From Camelus dromedarius (lineage: Eukaryota), in NCBI RefSeq assembly GCF_036321535.1, contig NC_087436.1:50036001-50100000 (forward strand): a DNA stretch of 64,000 bases, in the 5' to 3' direction. The notes under the pieces are model-generated. The model saw only the letters and a program-made list of their open reading frames with translations. It did no database searches and was not told the origin of the DNA. Position 1 is the stretch's first letter, and each line of letters starts with the position of its first letter. Positions 50,351-64,000 of the stretch are shown piece after piece. The position numbers were made by a program, and so were the translations under genes.

Positions 50351-51467
50351 CAGTTTACACAAAAAGGGGGAAATGATCTACTTTTGGCAAGTTAATTACT
50401 AATACCTTTTTAAAGAAAAAAAATTCATCACTTACATACAAAGTTGGCATTTCAGTTAGGAGTCATACAAATTTATACTATTATCTTCACATTTCTCACA
50501 GATTATAAATTAGACTGGTTCTTCCCTTGGATGTGATTTGACTGTAAAACCTCAAGTGTTCCAGCAGGGGCTGGGGTTGGGGGTGGGAACAGCTTCTTGC
50601 CAAAGTGTCACCCCCTTGTGAATTCTGGGATAAAGCTGTCACATGAAGACTCTTCCCTTCCTTGAGTGATCTGCTGGGTCAGGTTCCCTCATCAAATGTG
50701 TCAGTGTGAGTCGGTCTTTACTACTCTTATCAGCTTAAATTCCAGCCCTCTCATCACCATTTAACATTTCTCTGGCATGATTTAAATGGATTTTGACGGT
50801 ATTCCAATATCAGAGAGCATATTCTGCCAGTATAAAACATGTTCAGTAGCTACAATCACAAAACATCTAAATTTATCCAATTTAATTTCTTGGATGCTTT
50901 TTCCCCTCACCCCACATGCCAAACTAAGTCATTTTTCCTGCCTAGTGGTACACACAGGCCCCAAAGTACCCAATCTGAAAATGTTAAGATTGATTTAATG
51001 CTTTCAACTTTCTTTGCGTTACTCTTGTAACTCTGCATCCTCAAATATTCCAGGTAATATTTTACCAGAATTTGAATGCTGGGTATACTACAAAAGATTT
51101 CTTAAATGTTAGGGCTCACGTATTTAACTGTCTTCCAACCACCCAATCTTACAGATGAAGAAATGTGATGCACAGAAGATAAGAGATTTGCCCCAAATCA
51201 TACTTCTAGAGAGTGGCCAAACTGGTTCCAGGCCGGGCTCTATTAGTCAACATTAGTACACATTTGGGCCAGTCCAGATATTGTTCTAAGTGTTTTGGGG
51301 TAGGGACATTGACTACGCATTGGATAATATCCAAGCTTGTAGATTACTTGCCAGTTCAAAAAGAAAGCATCTCTTTTATAAATGCATATTCTTGGTACTG
51401 AAAAATCCCTTTGACATCTCTGCACATCTTACAATCAATTATTAGATAAATACTATTTCTTGGGGTG

Positions 51468-51543
51468 TCCGAGTTGAACTCTATGAAATCACTGAACTAT
51501 TTTTTGACTTAAAAATTATAAGTTAATATTGTTTTATCTAATA
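51468..51543. mobile_element. MADE2-like mariner MITE (~80 bp)
   Basis: 'gttgaactctatgaaat...ctattttttgact.aaaa...atattgttttatctaata' follows the recalled MADE2 palindrome. Confidence 0.5.
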
Positions 51544-54500
51544 CTTTGATGACATATTTAACAGCCTCCAGAAATAAAATTATGCCAAAATCTGTCCTTT
51601 CATTTCATAAGTGTTAAAATGAAAGTGGGTGGGAGTGGGTGGAGGAAAATAGGAATTTTGACCAATTGGAACAGAAAATATAATCCAAAGGGAAACATAA
51701 CTTATGTAAATCTTTCAAAAGGGCCATTGCAACCAACGGAGAATAGACAAGAATTAAAATCTAAATATTACAGATACTTGACAATATCTCTTTAACAGCT
51801 TCAGATTGATTCCTTTTTGCCTGAGCATACTGGCTCACTCACTCCTCCATCATATATCTGTAGCTTGACTGACTCCCAATTCTTGCTGATGCAGTGTGTG
51901 GGAACCAGCTCCATTATCTTTAGTTTCCAGGATTATAAGATATCTAATAAACTTAGCAACCAGCATGCCAAGTACATGCAATGCAGCCAGCTGGTGAAGT
52001 CTTGTTGCGTATTAAAGAGAAACTTTGCTTTCATTTTGAAAGGAGTCTTTCGAATCTTTTCTTTCATATGTAATGTCTCAGTTGTGGATGCATTAATCTA
52101 AAACTTCATCTTAACTGTGGTTTTCTGCCTGCTGCCACAAAGAGGGAACACAAGTCGTTATAGAGCAAGTAGCATGCTACTAACAAGAAAAAATATGAAA
52201 TCTGTTATGAGATGACCATTTCAAATTTATAAACTTTGAGGAATTATCTACACAATTAGGAAGTGAGTGTCTGACAGAGAATGTGAAGGGTGTTTGAGAT
52301 GCAGAACCAAATGCACAGTATGTTCTCAGATCTATCTCAGTATTTCCAATGCTCTATTTTTGAAATGGGTGCATAAATGTTCAAAGTTATCATTTGTGAA
52401 TGTACAGTTTACATCACTGCTAATTAACTCATTGTTTCCTTAGTTACCAATTGGTATCCTGATTTATTCCGAATTTTTTTGAGATGGCTCTAATTAGCTT
52501 GGTGCTGAGATAGGAGACCAAAAAGGAATAAAATAATTTGCTAACAGGACTGTAACAATCAGAATCCATAAACTGAGAAACATGAGGAGATATTTTAAAA
52601 GCTGTGACCATATGAATTAAATATAAGATATTCAGAATCATACTTCTGTGAGAGAGAAAATGAAGAATAGATTCATACATGAGAAAGCATAGTCCAACTT
52701 CTCCATTCAATCTTTGGGAACAATGAGGGAAGGACCATTTTTTTAAAGTTCGAAAATGAGTTTGTGATAGTCAGGGTTGGAATGCATGTTGCCTGATTTT
52801 CAATCCAGTATTCTACCGTGCAATAGAGACGTAAAGTGATCAAGGCAAAATTCCTTCTGACTTACTGAAAGCACAGGAGAAACAAGTGCTGTTTGTCTTC
52901 ACAGAAAAAGATTAAGGTTTGGAGAACTGACTTTTACAAATGAGAAATTAGAATATTCTCTTGGTGTCCTAGCATTCTCCCCATTGAAGGTGCCCAAGAG
53001 AGAATACAACTATAAAAGTCGTAGTAAGTGTCAGTGTGTAAATGATAGACATGATGCTAGGACATATGGGCTAAAGAAATGAGGGCAATATCCTTTTCTG
53101 TCATGTGTCTGACAGTTTGAAGAGAGAAATTGCAAAGAACGTATGATAGTTCTCTGTAGCAGCTGGAAGTTACATGGACACACAAACATCTTCTTGCTCA
53201 TTCATATCATAAAAAATATGATTTTTAAGGAAGTAAGTGTTTAGGATGTCTGTGTTTATATCATGACTGTGAGAAGTTGGCTTAATAACCAAACATTTTT
53301 CTCAACCATGACAGGCATGATTTTTACTGGGTAAGATGACTGTCTAAAATGGATTTTCCTTAAAATTAAAAAAAAAATGAAAACAGATCATTGCAAATCT
53401 AGGAACAGTATTTACATTTAATTTGGAAAGGAGATTGATGGCAAGGAGTAAACCAGGTGTGCAACTCTCAAGAAAAAAAAAAAAACAATGAGGGGAAACT
53501 TATGATTATTTTTGAAAAGAATTGAAGAGACAGTCCTGAAAGTTGGAAAATTGGATATATGTACTATGTGGAAGTGACAGTGAGAATGAGTTGAGCTGAA
53601 GCCGTCCAAATTAAAGCCCCTAAAGGAAGAAAAGACAGACTGGAAAAAGATGGAGCATTATTATTGAAGAGAAAGTGAGTATTTATATGAGTGGACACAT
53701 GACTTTAGGGATTTGAAATGCAACAGATGGCATGGATCTGAGAGCTAATTTTCAGAAGATATTTAAGTATGTTTAAGGTTCATTGAGTGTATGATCTAGT
53801 AAGAAGGAAACCCTGATTCAAATTGACCAGAATCCTGAGAAACCTGCCAGATTGACTTTCCATATAATGATGCCACAGAGAACTGAATGTGTCTGGTAGA
53901 TTCAATGAATACACATGTGTCCTGTCACAGAGCACAGAGGACCCCTTATCTCTAAAGGATAAAATTTGGGGTAGGAGAGTTAATGTTTTTCCAAGAAGTA
54001 AATTAGTGGTGTTTCCTAATGTATACCTTCAAATGTGCGACAGAATTAATAGAACAAAAGTGGTGATTAACTTCTAGGAAATTCATCTTTTTTTACATAT
54101 GTTAACTTTGGCTGATTTGTTTCTAGACCTTTATGAAATACAAAAAGAAAGATTTCATATGAAGAAGTATTAAATATAGATTTTAGCAATTAGTATTAGA
54201 GTTTGCCAGTAGGAACTTTGTTTTCCCCCTCAAGCCTAAAGCCTCTTTGGAAGAAATTTTTGTGTTTTAAAGAATTATTTAAATCCATGGAAATAGGTAG
54301 GAAAGACATGCACAGTTTAGAGATTCCCAGATGAGAACTTCTCTCCAGTATTTTTTATATATTGCTTTTGCATCTTAAACCAGACCTCACAGATCCTAAA
54401 GATTATACCAGCTGAACGCTATCCAGCTATCAGTCCATGATCTTTAGATGAAGTGCACCGTACAAGACATACGGTCCTTTCTTCACAAGAAGCTGTAATT

Positions 54501-56889
54501 TGTCTGTTTTCACGTGGATACCTGTGCACCAGTAAATCTTCACACTTTCAGCCCTATTCCCAGTCCATTCATGACATGATTTGCACTTTTTTCCTACCAG
54601 TATTTCTCAAGAAATGGATTAAGCAATTGCTCCAGTCTATCAAGCTCTGAAGTCATTTGATTCTGAGATTAGTTTCACATTTCCCCTGACTGTTAACAAT
54701 TTTACAGTATGGCCAGAATGCCTGCTGAAATTCCTACTGTCACATTTGAGATGTAGAGAAGCCACAAAGACTTAAAACATTAAGAAGAGAATAAAGTCTG
54801 TATTATTCATAAGAAGATAGGGAGGTACCTGAAACATTAACAGAATAAGTTACATTATCTATTTAGTTGGAAATGATTCTTCCAAGTTTTGTCCTTGTGG
54901 AATTTTTTCTAGTTTGATTAGGGTTATTCTGGATTTTGTAGGTATTATGACTTGGAGCACTTTCCAACAGGAACCTTGTAACCATGAGCTACTTATTTTT
55001 TCAGAATTATACTAGTTTTTTCTTTTTTTTTTCCCATCTCCTTAACCATTGCTATGCACCACAGTTGTTGATTCTCTTTTTTCCCCTTTTTTATCGATAT
55101 GGTGACAGAATCACTATGCAATTTTGTAGAGCTTTATGATTCTAGCCACAAACTTTGGGAAAGAAAGCTTTTTACTATGAGTGGTAACATTTCTAGCGAT
55201 TTTATTTATGTTTATCTTTTATTTTAATAGTCATTTGGTCATTCTTGAAAGAAACGTATCCCCTTTAACATCTGTTTCATTGTCTTGGGTTTTAGGAGTA
55301 TTTTCAGGGGTTTTAGAATGAATATTTTCAGGGTAATTTTCATCTGGTAGCATTTGGAAAATTTTTACATCCAAAGCAAAAAAATTCTAAATTGATCTTG
55401 ACCACATTGTGTTAGACAGCTAACCTCAGTCTTGCTACCTGGATATTATCTCTAAATAATTAAAGCACAAGGCTTGTATTGTTCGTTTGTTTTTTAATAT
55501 ATAAAGAATAGATTATAAAAGCTTTGATAGCTAAAATTACTCATACTCCTGGACTGGTACGACCCAAAGTGTGCTCTTATCTGGGATAGTAGTTACCTGT
55601 GGGGGAAAAAAGCTGCAGGAAGGCAGCAGACGAGGAATTCAGTGGAGCAAGGAGGCTGAGAAATGCAATGCAAAACTGATGACTTCTCAGTGTCTAGAAA
55701 GTGCTAAAATTTATTCTGGTCATCTCAAGGGGTTTATGACATGACATATACTCCCAAACAAAATCACAGTATCATCCTCTTTAACAGAAACTTCCATTAT
55801 ACTAATATTCACAGGAATATATTTTGGAAAACACAGTTTTAGACAATTTCCTTACTTAGGATAGAAATCATCTCTGGCCTTCCAGGTTTTCTCACTAGTA
55901 TTTATTTTTTTTAACATGAAAAGGGTATTTCTCTTTCTAATCCATCTAAAGCCGTCTGTAGGCAAAATTATGAATATACTTGCTTCTTCCTTGGACTGCC
56001 ATCTTTTCATTCCTGCCCATTCTGTACTCTCCCCTCCAGGCTTCTTCCTAAGTAAGCTGAGCCTGTGACACCACCTTGTCCTCTGGGCTTCCTCGCGTCA
56101 CAGTCCCCGGCCTCTGTCTACACCTGCTGAACATGTCAGCATTCCTTGCTTCAGAGCACAACTCTATGCTAACAAGTTTGTAGATCTGAAGAAGTTTATA
56201 GAGACTCACAGATCTTTCTTTCTTCTGTGTCATTTATGGCCATCAGAAGACAAGGGCACAGTCATTTTCTTGCTAGACTCAAGGCAGTGTTTCTAGGTGG
56301 AAGTTTAAGTTAGGTGCTATGCCAGCATGACAGCTAAAATAGGACGTCTGAGACATCAGTCACAGTTTTAGTCTAGCTAGTAAGTATGTGTATTCGTCTC
56401 TGTGCAGATCGATGCATCTCTTTAAATCTTTTTTTTCTGGATCTATTTTATTCAAAAAATACATATTGAATACTTATTGTGTGTTATTCTTGAGATAGGT
56501 GTTGTGGGTGGAATGACTATGAAATTCACTATGACATCTTGAATTAATAAATTCCTAAGAAAAGGGATGTACCTTGGTAGAAAAATGAGAGGATGGTTTG
56601 GGGCCAAGTATGATCTAATGCATTCATTTCAAAAATTATTTTGGGGGGGAAGGAGTTAAACTAGATCTTGGGAATTACTTACCATCTAGGGTTACAGTTT
56701 ACCTAATAGATTAAAACACAAGCTTAGGAAATTAGTTAAATAGCATTTTAAAAAGTACTTGGAAGGTATCTGATGCTTCTAGAGAAGCATTGTAATAGTT
56801 TTTAAGAGAAGAACCAGAACTTCATTGAATTTTCACATATTTTATTGTTCACTCCAGTGTTGTCTCATTTTAAATTACTGATGTAATTG

Positions 56890-57076
56890 TATTGTGTATT
56901 TGTTCTGGAGGCTAGAAATCTGAAATCACAGTGCTGGCAGGACTGTGTCCTCTCTGAGGTTAGAGGGAAGACTCTGTTCCATGCCTCTCTCTTAGCTTCA
57001 GGTGATTTCTGACAATACGTGGAGTCCCTTGGCTTCAGCTTTACTCCTCCAATTTCTGCCTCATCTTCATGGCCTC

Positions 57077-57116
<40 letters not shown>

Positions 57117-57300
57117 ATGTCCAAATTTCCCTCTTCTTTTTACAACATAAAGTTGTATTGGATCTAAGGCCCATCCTTCTCTAGTGACCTCATTTTAGCT
57201 TGATTACATTTGTAAAGACTCTGTTTCTAAATTAGGTCATATTCACAAGTTTCAAGTGGACATGCATTTGAAGCGAAAGGCATTGTCCAACCTAGAACAG
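56890..57300 (-). mobile_element. MLT1 (C/E-type) MaLR LTR containing a (TG)n microsatellite at ~57078-57114
   Basis: 'gttctggaggctagaaatctgaaatca..gtgctggcagg...gacctcattttagcttgattacatttgtaaagactctgtttctaaattaggtcatattcaca' is antisense MLT1. Confidence 0.88.
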
Positions 57301-59199
57301 TAAGTGTGGCATGTTTTAATCAAAGAGCAAAAGTGCCAGTGAAATACAGAGTTAGTGCAGGAAGTTAGCAGTGACCTTTTGGGTCAATACAATGATTTTC
57401 TTATAATCATTATGTCCATAGTTTTACTTTTGATCCCAATATGAGGATATTCTTTTTAATAAAATTACTCATATAACACTTATATTTAAACTTCCACATC
57501 TCTCTAGAATTAAACCTCCCAGATAGTACATAGTTTTTTCTTTTTCTATTCTCTTTTTCGAAAAAAGGTAATCACGATCATGATTGAATAACTACTAGTA
57601 GAATTAAGTAATCACCAAAAATACCAAAATGATGTTGTTAGTATTACTTCTATTTCTATTTTATTCTTTTTACATATGTGTCTTTAATATTGCCTCTGTT
57701 TTATATTTTGTCATGGGAGGAGTGTTTTAGTTGCTTCATTTCTCTTACATTTTGGAAAGTGACTTTAAACATTCCTTAAAAATTTTTGAACTAAATTTCC
57801 TAATTGATCAAAATCCAGAAATAAATAAAAATTTTACCTTCCACCACGAAAGAGGAAGAATTAATGCTCTTGGCTTTCTGCAGATTTTCTCAGATTTTCT
57901 TAATTTATTCTTGAAAAATAAATCTAAACTATTATATAATTATATGTTAATATGATTATATTAGTGTAATCTAAAAGATATAATTACATTTAAATAACTT
58001 CTATGGGCTTCTGGCATTTGCTTTTCTAGTCAGAGCTGCAGCAATTATTTGGATTTACATCTAAGTAATTAATTAGGATTAGCTCCTGCAGTCTTGGCTC
58101 CTTAATTTTTACTGCTCACTAATAGTCTAGAGCATCTCTTCTAATATTTACTCAGAAAAAATAACTCAGGAATACACATTCTTTACCATATTTGTAAACA
58201 CCTTTCAGTAAATTTTGCCCAATTATGGATGACAATGACAACTTGGCTGGGTATAGAATTCTACACTCACAATCCTTCCTTGAGCCTTTGTAAAAATGAT
58301 TTCATGTGAAATCCACTTTTTTATGTGAAGTCTAAGAGAAGTCTTTCCTTGAAGGAACTTGTTTTCAGCTTTGGATTTGGGGATGTTTTTCTTTCTGTAT
58401 CTGTCAGATTGAAAATTATCACTAGGATTTGTGTAATTTCATGTCTTTTAATATTTTTTCTCTTCTTCAGAAATGTAATAGACTTAAAAATTCTTCATTC
58501 GGGGAATATTTCAGTCTGACTTTTAAATTATCTTTTTAATATAATAGTTCTTATATAATTTCTTATAACTTATAATTATTTATTCTCTATATTTATATCT
58601 GTAGTATCTCTTTACTATGTGTGGTTTGGAGGTTTTGTACATTTTAAAACAGCTCTCTTTTTTAAAGAAGTTAGTTTTAGTGTTACTTCTAGAAGAATCC
58701 TTTCCTGATTATCCTAGTCAACAGTGATAAAATAATACCACCAGCTTAACAGCGAAACTTTTTTCTCACTATTAAAGTTATATGGAAAGAACCAAGTCTT
58801 TTCATCACTGTATCCAGTGGATCCTTATTTATGTTGGTAGGCATCTCTGCTTAATGGCATTTCAAATCATCCTATTCCATCTCTCCTAGTGTTGTACAGT
58901 GTATAGTTTAAGGTCATTTTTTCCTACTGTATTAAGGTCCTGAAGCAGATATTGCTTATTTTCTTTTTAATACAATCAATGTTTAAAATATACATTTCCT
59001 GTGGATCTTCTTAGTAAAAGTAACTTCTTTTGAATTGTATTTAGTTGTTACATAGTACCCACGTGTGTGTGTGTGCGTGTGTGTGTTTGTATTTCTGAGA
59101 ATTTATGCTAGAGTGATATGAGGCTGGGCTAGATCCCAGGTGATAGTATGTGCAAAATACTGTTAGTGAACAGAAAGAAAGAACTATCTTTACAACCAA

Positions 59200-59282
59200 G
59201 AAGTAAAGAAGGAAGGAAGGGACGAATGAACAAACAAAGGAAGGAAGGAAGGAGGAAGGAGTGAAAGAGGAAGGAAGGTTGA
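59200..59282. repeat. (GGAA)n-like purine-rich simple repeat; short (GT)n nearby at ~59063-59086
   Basis: Seen directly. Confidence 0.8.
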
Positions 59283-60559
59283 AGTTTGAGTTCATTATTA
59301 TATTGATTTCTATGGCCATGTCATTCTTATACACCATGCAGTCTGTTGTAGTGTCTTTAAGAATTGAAATTGTATATATTTTTTTCTGCACTGGAAGAAG
59401 ATTCAGATTGCCAGGAAATAGACTCAGTATGAGCATTTCACAGTATAGATTCTTGCACCTCTCCTAATCATGATCTTCATCTATTCCTTCTAAATTAAAA
59501 TCAGAAAAAAAGTAAACATAGGATGACATAGTGTTACCGTCTTCCTCGTCTTGCTACCTATAACCCTGAAAATTATTCAGACAAACTGTATAACATTCCT
59601 CTTACTCTCTCTCTACCGTTTGCAGCTTGAAATCCAAAGAGCATATACAATCATTTTAAAGCCTACATATATTTAGGAATTAGAGGAACAGTGTTTCTTT
59701 CTTTCTTATTTTTCATTGGTATTTTAAAAAAACTGCTTTTGGATTTTTTGTTTATCTGTTTAGATGACTTATTTGAATTCAGAAAGATATGAAGCAACAA
59801 CTTCCTGGCTAGATTCAGTTTTTCATTTATTCAACTTTATATGTTTGACAAACAAAAACCATAACAATAGTGGAGTGCTCTTAAACTACATCTATAATAA
59901 TTGTGTCTTTTCTCATTTTTGACAGTAATCACAGCAAAAAATATTGAATTTCATTTAAATTTAATTAAATCAGTGAACAATAATGATAAAAGAAAAAAAA
60001 CAGTAAAAAATGTAAAATAAAAAAGTCTTCAAAAGGAATTGATTCACCTGTGGATATATGACAATATGTGAAAAAAAAAAGGTAGATGATCAAGAGTTTT
60101 CTTGTAACAGAAAAGCTCTTCCCAAACTTCTCTTTCACATAAGATGAAAAGCAAGTGTTCTTAAGTAGGGTGTATAGAAATTAAATTAGATATTAACATG
60201 GCTGCTGACTAAGTATGTGCAAGTCTGGTACTGTATATCTAAGGTCAATAAAATCTTTTTTATATGTTTTCAGTATTTTACTATGTCTTTAATTTTATTA
60301 TAATTGTATTAATCCCAAAGACAGAAGGTTCATATTTTTAAGACAAATTTCCTGCAAAAGACAACAGAAAATATTGTGTTTAAACAGAATAGATGTATAC
60401 ACTGCTATAACTAAAAATTGAGAAAATAATTTGAAAATTAAAAGTTGATATTTGACCAACATATAAACACGTTTCTAAACAATAAAATTTTTTTCTAATT
60501 AGTATATGATTCAATATAAAAGTATTTATAAAACAAAACAAAACAAGTATAATTGTTAT

Positions 60560-62515
60560 ATCTTTCTGATTTATTGACTGTTTTGTACATAATATATATA
60601 TCTCTGTTTCTAGAAAAATTTATGATCCCAGTGTCAATTTTATTTATTTATAGGCATTCCATTATTGTTATGGTTTTTGTTTGTCTAAAATATCTTTTTT
60701 TAAGATAACATATAGTTGGATTTTTGCTTTTATATCCAGTTTACTATCTCTGTCTTTTGATTAAGGTGTTTAGACTATTTATATTTCATTTAATTTTTGT
60801 GTGGTTGCATTTTCATTTACCATTTTACTGTGTCTTTTCTATATATCTCCTGTCTTTTTTGTTCCTTTGTTTCTAATTTCTTTAGTGCTAAACAAATATT
60901 TCATGTATCATTTTAATTCTTTCTTGTCTTTTTTAAGTTTTTTCTTAATATTTGCTATACAGATTACAATATTCTGTATTCTAATTTATTATAGTATACT
61001 TCAATACTAACTAGGTCTGATAAAATATAATAACTGCCCCAAAATAGACCCATTTCCTCCTTTGGACCATTATTGTAACTTATTAAGTCTATATTTGTTA
61101 TAACAACAATATTGTGTTATTATAATTGCTTTATACAATCTGATGTCTTTTTAAAAAATTAGAAGAAAATGATAAAAATGCACCTGTAAACGTTTCAAAT
61201 TAGCCCACAGTTACCGTTTATGACTAGCCATTATTTTTTAATTGATTCTTTCTTCTAGCATTTGGAACATGGCTCTTTTCAGTCTATCTTTTTCATTTCA
61301 GTTTTTGCATTCTTCAACTACATAATTATTAGTTGGTTATTTTTCATAACTTCAATATCCTTGTTGAAATTTTTATTTATCGTTTCATTATTATCATAAT
61401 TTATTTTAGTTTTTACCATGGTTTTATTTCTTTAAACATATTTAAAACAGCACATTTGAAATCTTTCTCTAGGAAATCCAACATCATTGGTGGATATTTC
61501 TATTGCCTTTTTTTATTCCTTGACAATGCGTGACAATTTCCCATTTCTTTGCATCTTTCATAATTTTTTGTGAAAAACTAGTATAATATACCAAGTACTC
61601 ACAAATAATATCTATGTATTATATGTAGATAGATAGATATAGATCTATATATGTTCTATATTTGATTATATAATGTAGCAACTCTAGATTTTGATATTTT
61701 GCTCCAACAGTAGCTGTCAGTTTTTTGTTTATTTTTTGATTCTTGTTTTTGGAACTTCCTGGACATAATCTGTGATGTCTGTCTTCATTGCAGTGTGTAG
61801 CCATTTATGTCTCTGTTCAGACATTTTTTATTCTTTTTTTTTTTTAGCTTGGCTTCCTAGGAGATTCTCCTGTGTCTGTGTAACTTAGTGGTCACCCAGT
61901 GATTACACAGAAGTTGTGCACAAATAGTTCAAACAAGTAAGGTTTCTGTCCTCTGCAGGTGGATCTGTGTGTGTGGTCAGATCATTTGCAAGTTGCCCAA
62001 ATTTTACAAATTTTACACTTCTGTACACATGCATGCAGTCACAGGGTTGACGAGGAATGTCTGAATAGCTTGGACCTACTCTAGTGTCAGCTGGACACAG
62101 GCACAGCTTCAGCCAGTAACATGCTTCGCCCAATCACATCCACAATCTTAGGCTAGTAGAACCAAGCAGTTCGCTCTCAACTTGTTTGCTTGCCTTCAAG
62201 AAGTCACTTCCACTAATAACGCTGATGGGTGTGGACATCACCCAACATTCCAGATAGAAAGGTTGTTGATCCTCACAGTTTTTCTAAGTCCTGATATAAA
62301 CACCACACTGAGCTGGGGGAACGGCACAGACTTCTGCTGCTCTCCTTCAAAGTTCAGCAGTTGTTCAAGTACGAACACGTCTCCATTTCTATTCCTCTGG
62401 CTAATTTTCAAAGCATTGAAATAATAGATTTTGGCAATTTTGTGACAATATATAGCTGCCTTTTGGAGAGAGGACTTCCCCATCTCCTCAGTCATAGCAA
62501 GAAGTGTTGATTTTT
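60560..62515 (-). mobile_element. Old L1 (L1ME/MD-type) ORF1/5' region fragments
   Basis: Antisense motifs 'catatagttggatttttgctttt.tatccagttt..ctatctctgtcttttgatt..ggtgtttagac.attta', 'ggaaatccaacatc', 'tataatgtagcaactctagatt', 'tatagctgccttttggagagagga'. Confidence 0.65.
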
Positions 62516-62519
62516 TACA

Positions 62520-64000
62520 TTTGTCTATATTTTGCAAAGAAATGAACAAAACCAAAAACCAATCCAAATATATCTTCATGGAGGAAGGTGAGTAGTTATA
62601 AAGAAAAACAGAATTCTTTTTCTAGTGTAGAGCATTTTTGTTGTTGTCCCAACATGTCAACCATTTTTAAATGAATTTTAAATTCTAGATGCCCACCTTA
62701 TAAAAACAGTGTGAATGTAAACTTTGTTGAAAATTCAATACGAAATGGAAAGGGAAAAATTGGTATATAAAAGGAATACTGTGAAAAATATGGAGAAGTT
62801 GAAGATCAAAGCTAAAGATTAAAAGATTGAATCTAGGTAACTTATGTGTAAGAAAATGTGGAAGATGTTTACACGCATAAAAAATTGAATTTTATGCATT
62901 AGAACACAAGTGTGTTATAAAGATCACTGAGACATTACAGGAAATGAGAACTAAAGGGGAAGGAAAGATGCAATGTGGAAATCATACTCAGTAAGCCACT
63001 AGCAATAGTAAGTACACATGTTTTGCAAAGCAACGACAGCATCCTTCCAAGAAAAAAATATTGTTAAAAGCACACACAATCACATTTGAATCTGTGCTAT
63101 AATGAAAGACTTTTAGAGAGAGTTGACAATCACTGGGAAAGGATAAAAAGAAAGGATTTAGGAATCAATGTTAAATCTAGTGCTATCTAAGAAGAATAAA
63201 TGGCATTGACCCCAAAGACTCTAAAAGAGCAGCAATGTTGAAACAAATACATATATAAAATGTTCAGAAGAGGATTTGAATTAATGAGAAACGAGAGGAG
63301 ACCTTTGCATTTACTGGGGTTTCTTGTAAGAACCTGCGATAAACTAACGTATGATTTTTTTTTTTAGTTTCTCAAAAAGAATAACTGTAAATATGCATAA
63401 AAATTGAAGAAATATTATAGCAAAATATTTGGAATCATACCTAGAAGTCTTGGAAATGACACATACCAAAGTGAAAGAAAGTTCATGTTTAATTATACTT
63501 GAATATGCATACAAGGAAATAAAACAATATGGCTTTAGGGTTTTTTCCTGCTATTATTGTTCTGTAATATACAGAGATGATTATAAAACTGAAGTCTTAT
63601 ATTGACATTTGACTCAACATAACACATATTTGTAAAGTATACTTTATATTATTTGAAATGTGCTAACTGTTCACTAAAGACAGTGGATATGAAAGATTGA
63701 AAGATTACAAATAATTATCGAGATACCTGAAAAAAAGTGCTAAGGCCTATAATTACATCAAGACTGATTGGTAGGTAACATCAGCTAAAGAACAATTTTC
63801 TAACGTTAACATGGATATTACACAAATATCTTAGAAACTCTTATATTAGCTAAACAAACAGTGGAAAGTGGGTTTCCTAAACTAGCCATATAATCATTAG
63901 CACTCTTATTACCTCTTGAAATGGCACAGGCTATTATGAAATGCTATTTCTCCAGTCCAAACTAAAAGACTATTCACTGGGTATGGAATTCCAGAAGAGC
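62520..64000 (+). mobile_element. Probable ancient hAT-superfamily transposase remnant; N-terminal part possibly at ~59900-60550
   Basis: Scattered plus-strand translations: 'CGRCLH' (~62858, CxxH-like), 'KHTQSHLNLCYNERLLERVDNHWERIK' (~63068, like KH..TRWLS....ER...QW..LK) and 'ESGFPKLAI*SLALLLP' (~63864, like the hAT dimerisation-domain FP.L..LAL.LL.LP). Highly degenerate. Confidence 0.35.

Overview
AT-rich, repeat-dense mammalian genomic DNA. It is almost certainly from a camelid (alpaca/llama/camel), judged by three copies of the camelid tRNA-derived Vic-1-type SINE and by artiodactyl-type L1 3' ends. I recognise no intact protein-coding gene, so the window looks intergenic or deep-intronic, and the ORF track is chance ORFs plus L1 ORF2 remnants. 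Recognisable elements are L1, L2 and MIR retroposons, MaLR/ERVL/ERV1 solo LTRs (one nested pair), DNA-transposon fossils (MER53, Tigger3-like, MADE2, Charlie-like, a probable long hAT) and microsatellites. The most notable signals are: (1) a frameshifted Ty3/Gypsy pol (integrase) fossil at ~43.0-43.9 kb on the minus strand, with retained CpGs and a perfect splice donor; (2) a 280-bp locally templated copy of an LTR/L1 junction with a microhomology-bounded 122-bp deletion; (3) foreign unique-looking inserts inside a MER53 and a MER21-type LTR; (4) a CTCF/CCAAT/GC-box element at ~8.6 kb. Repeat family names come from recalled consensus sequences, not from a database search, and boundaries are approximate unless TSDs are quoted. 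I found no convincing new biological system.
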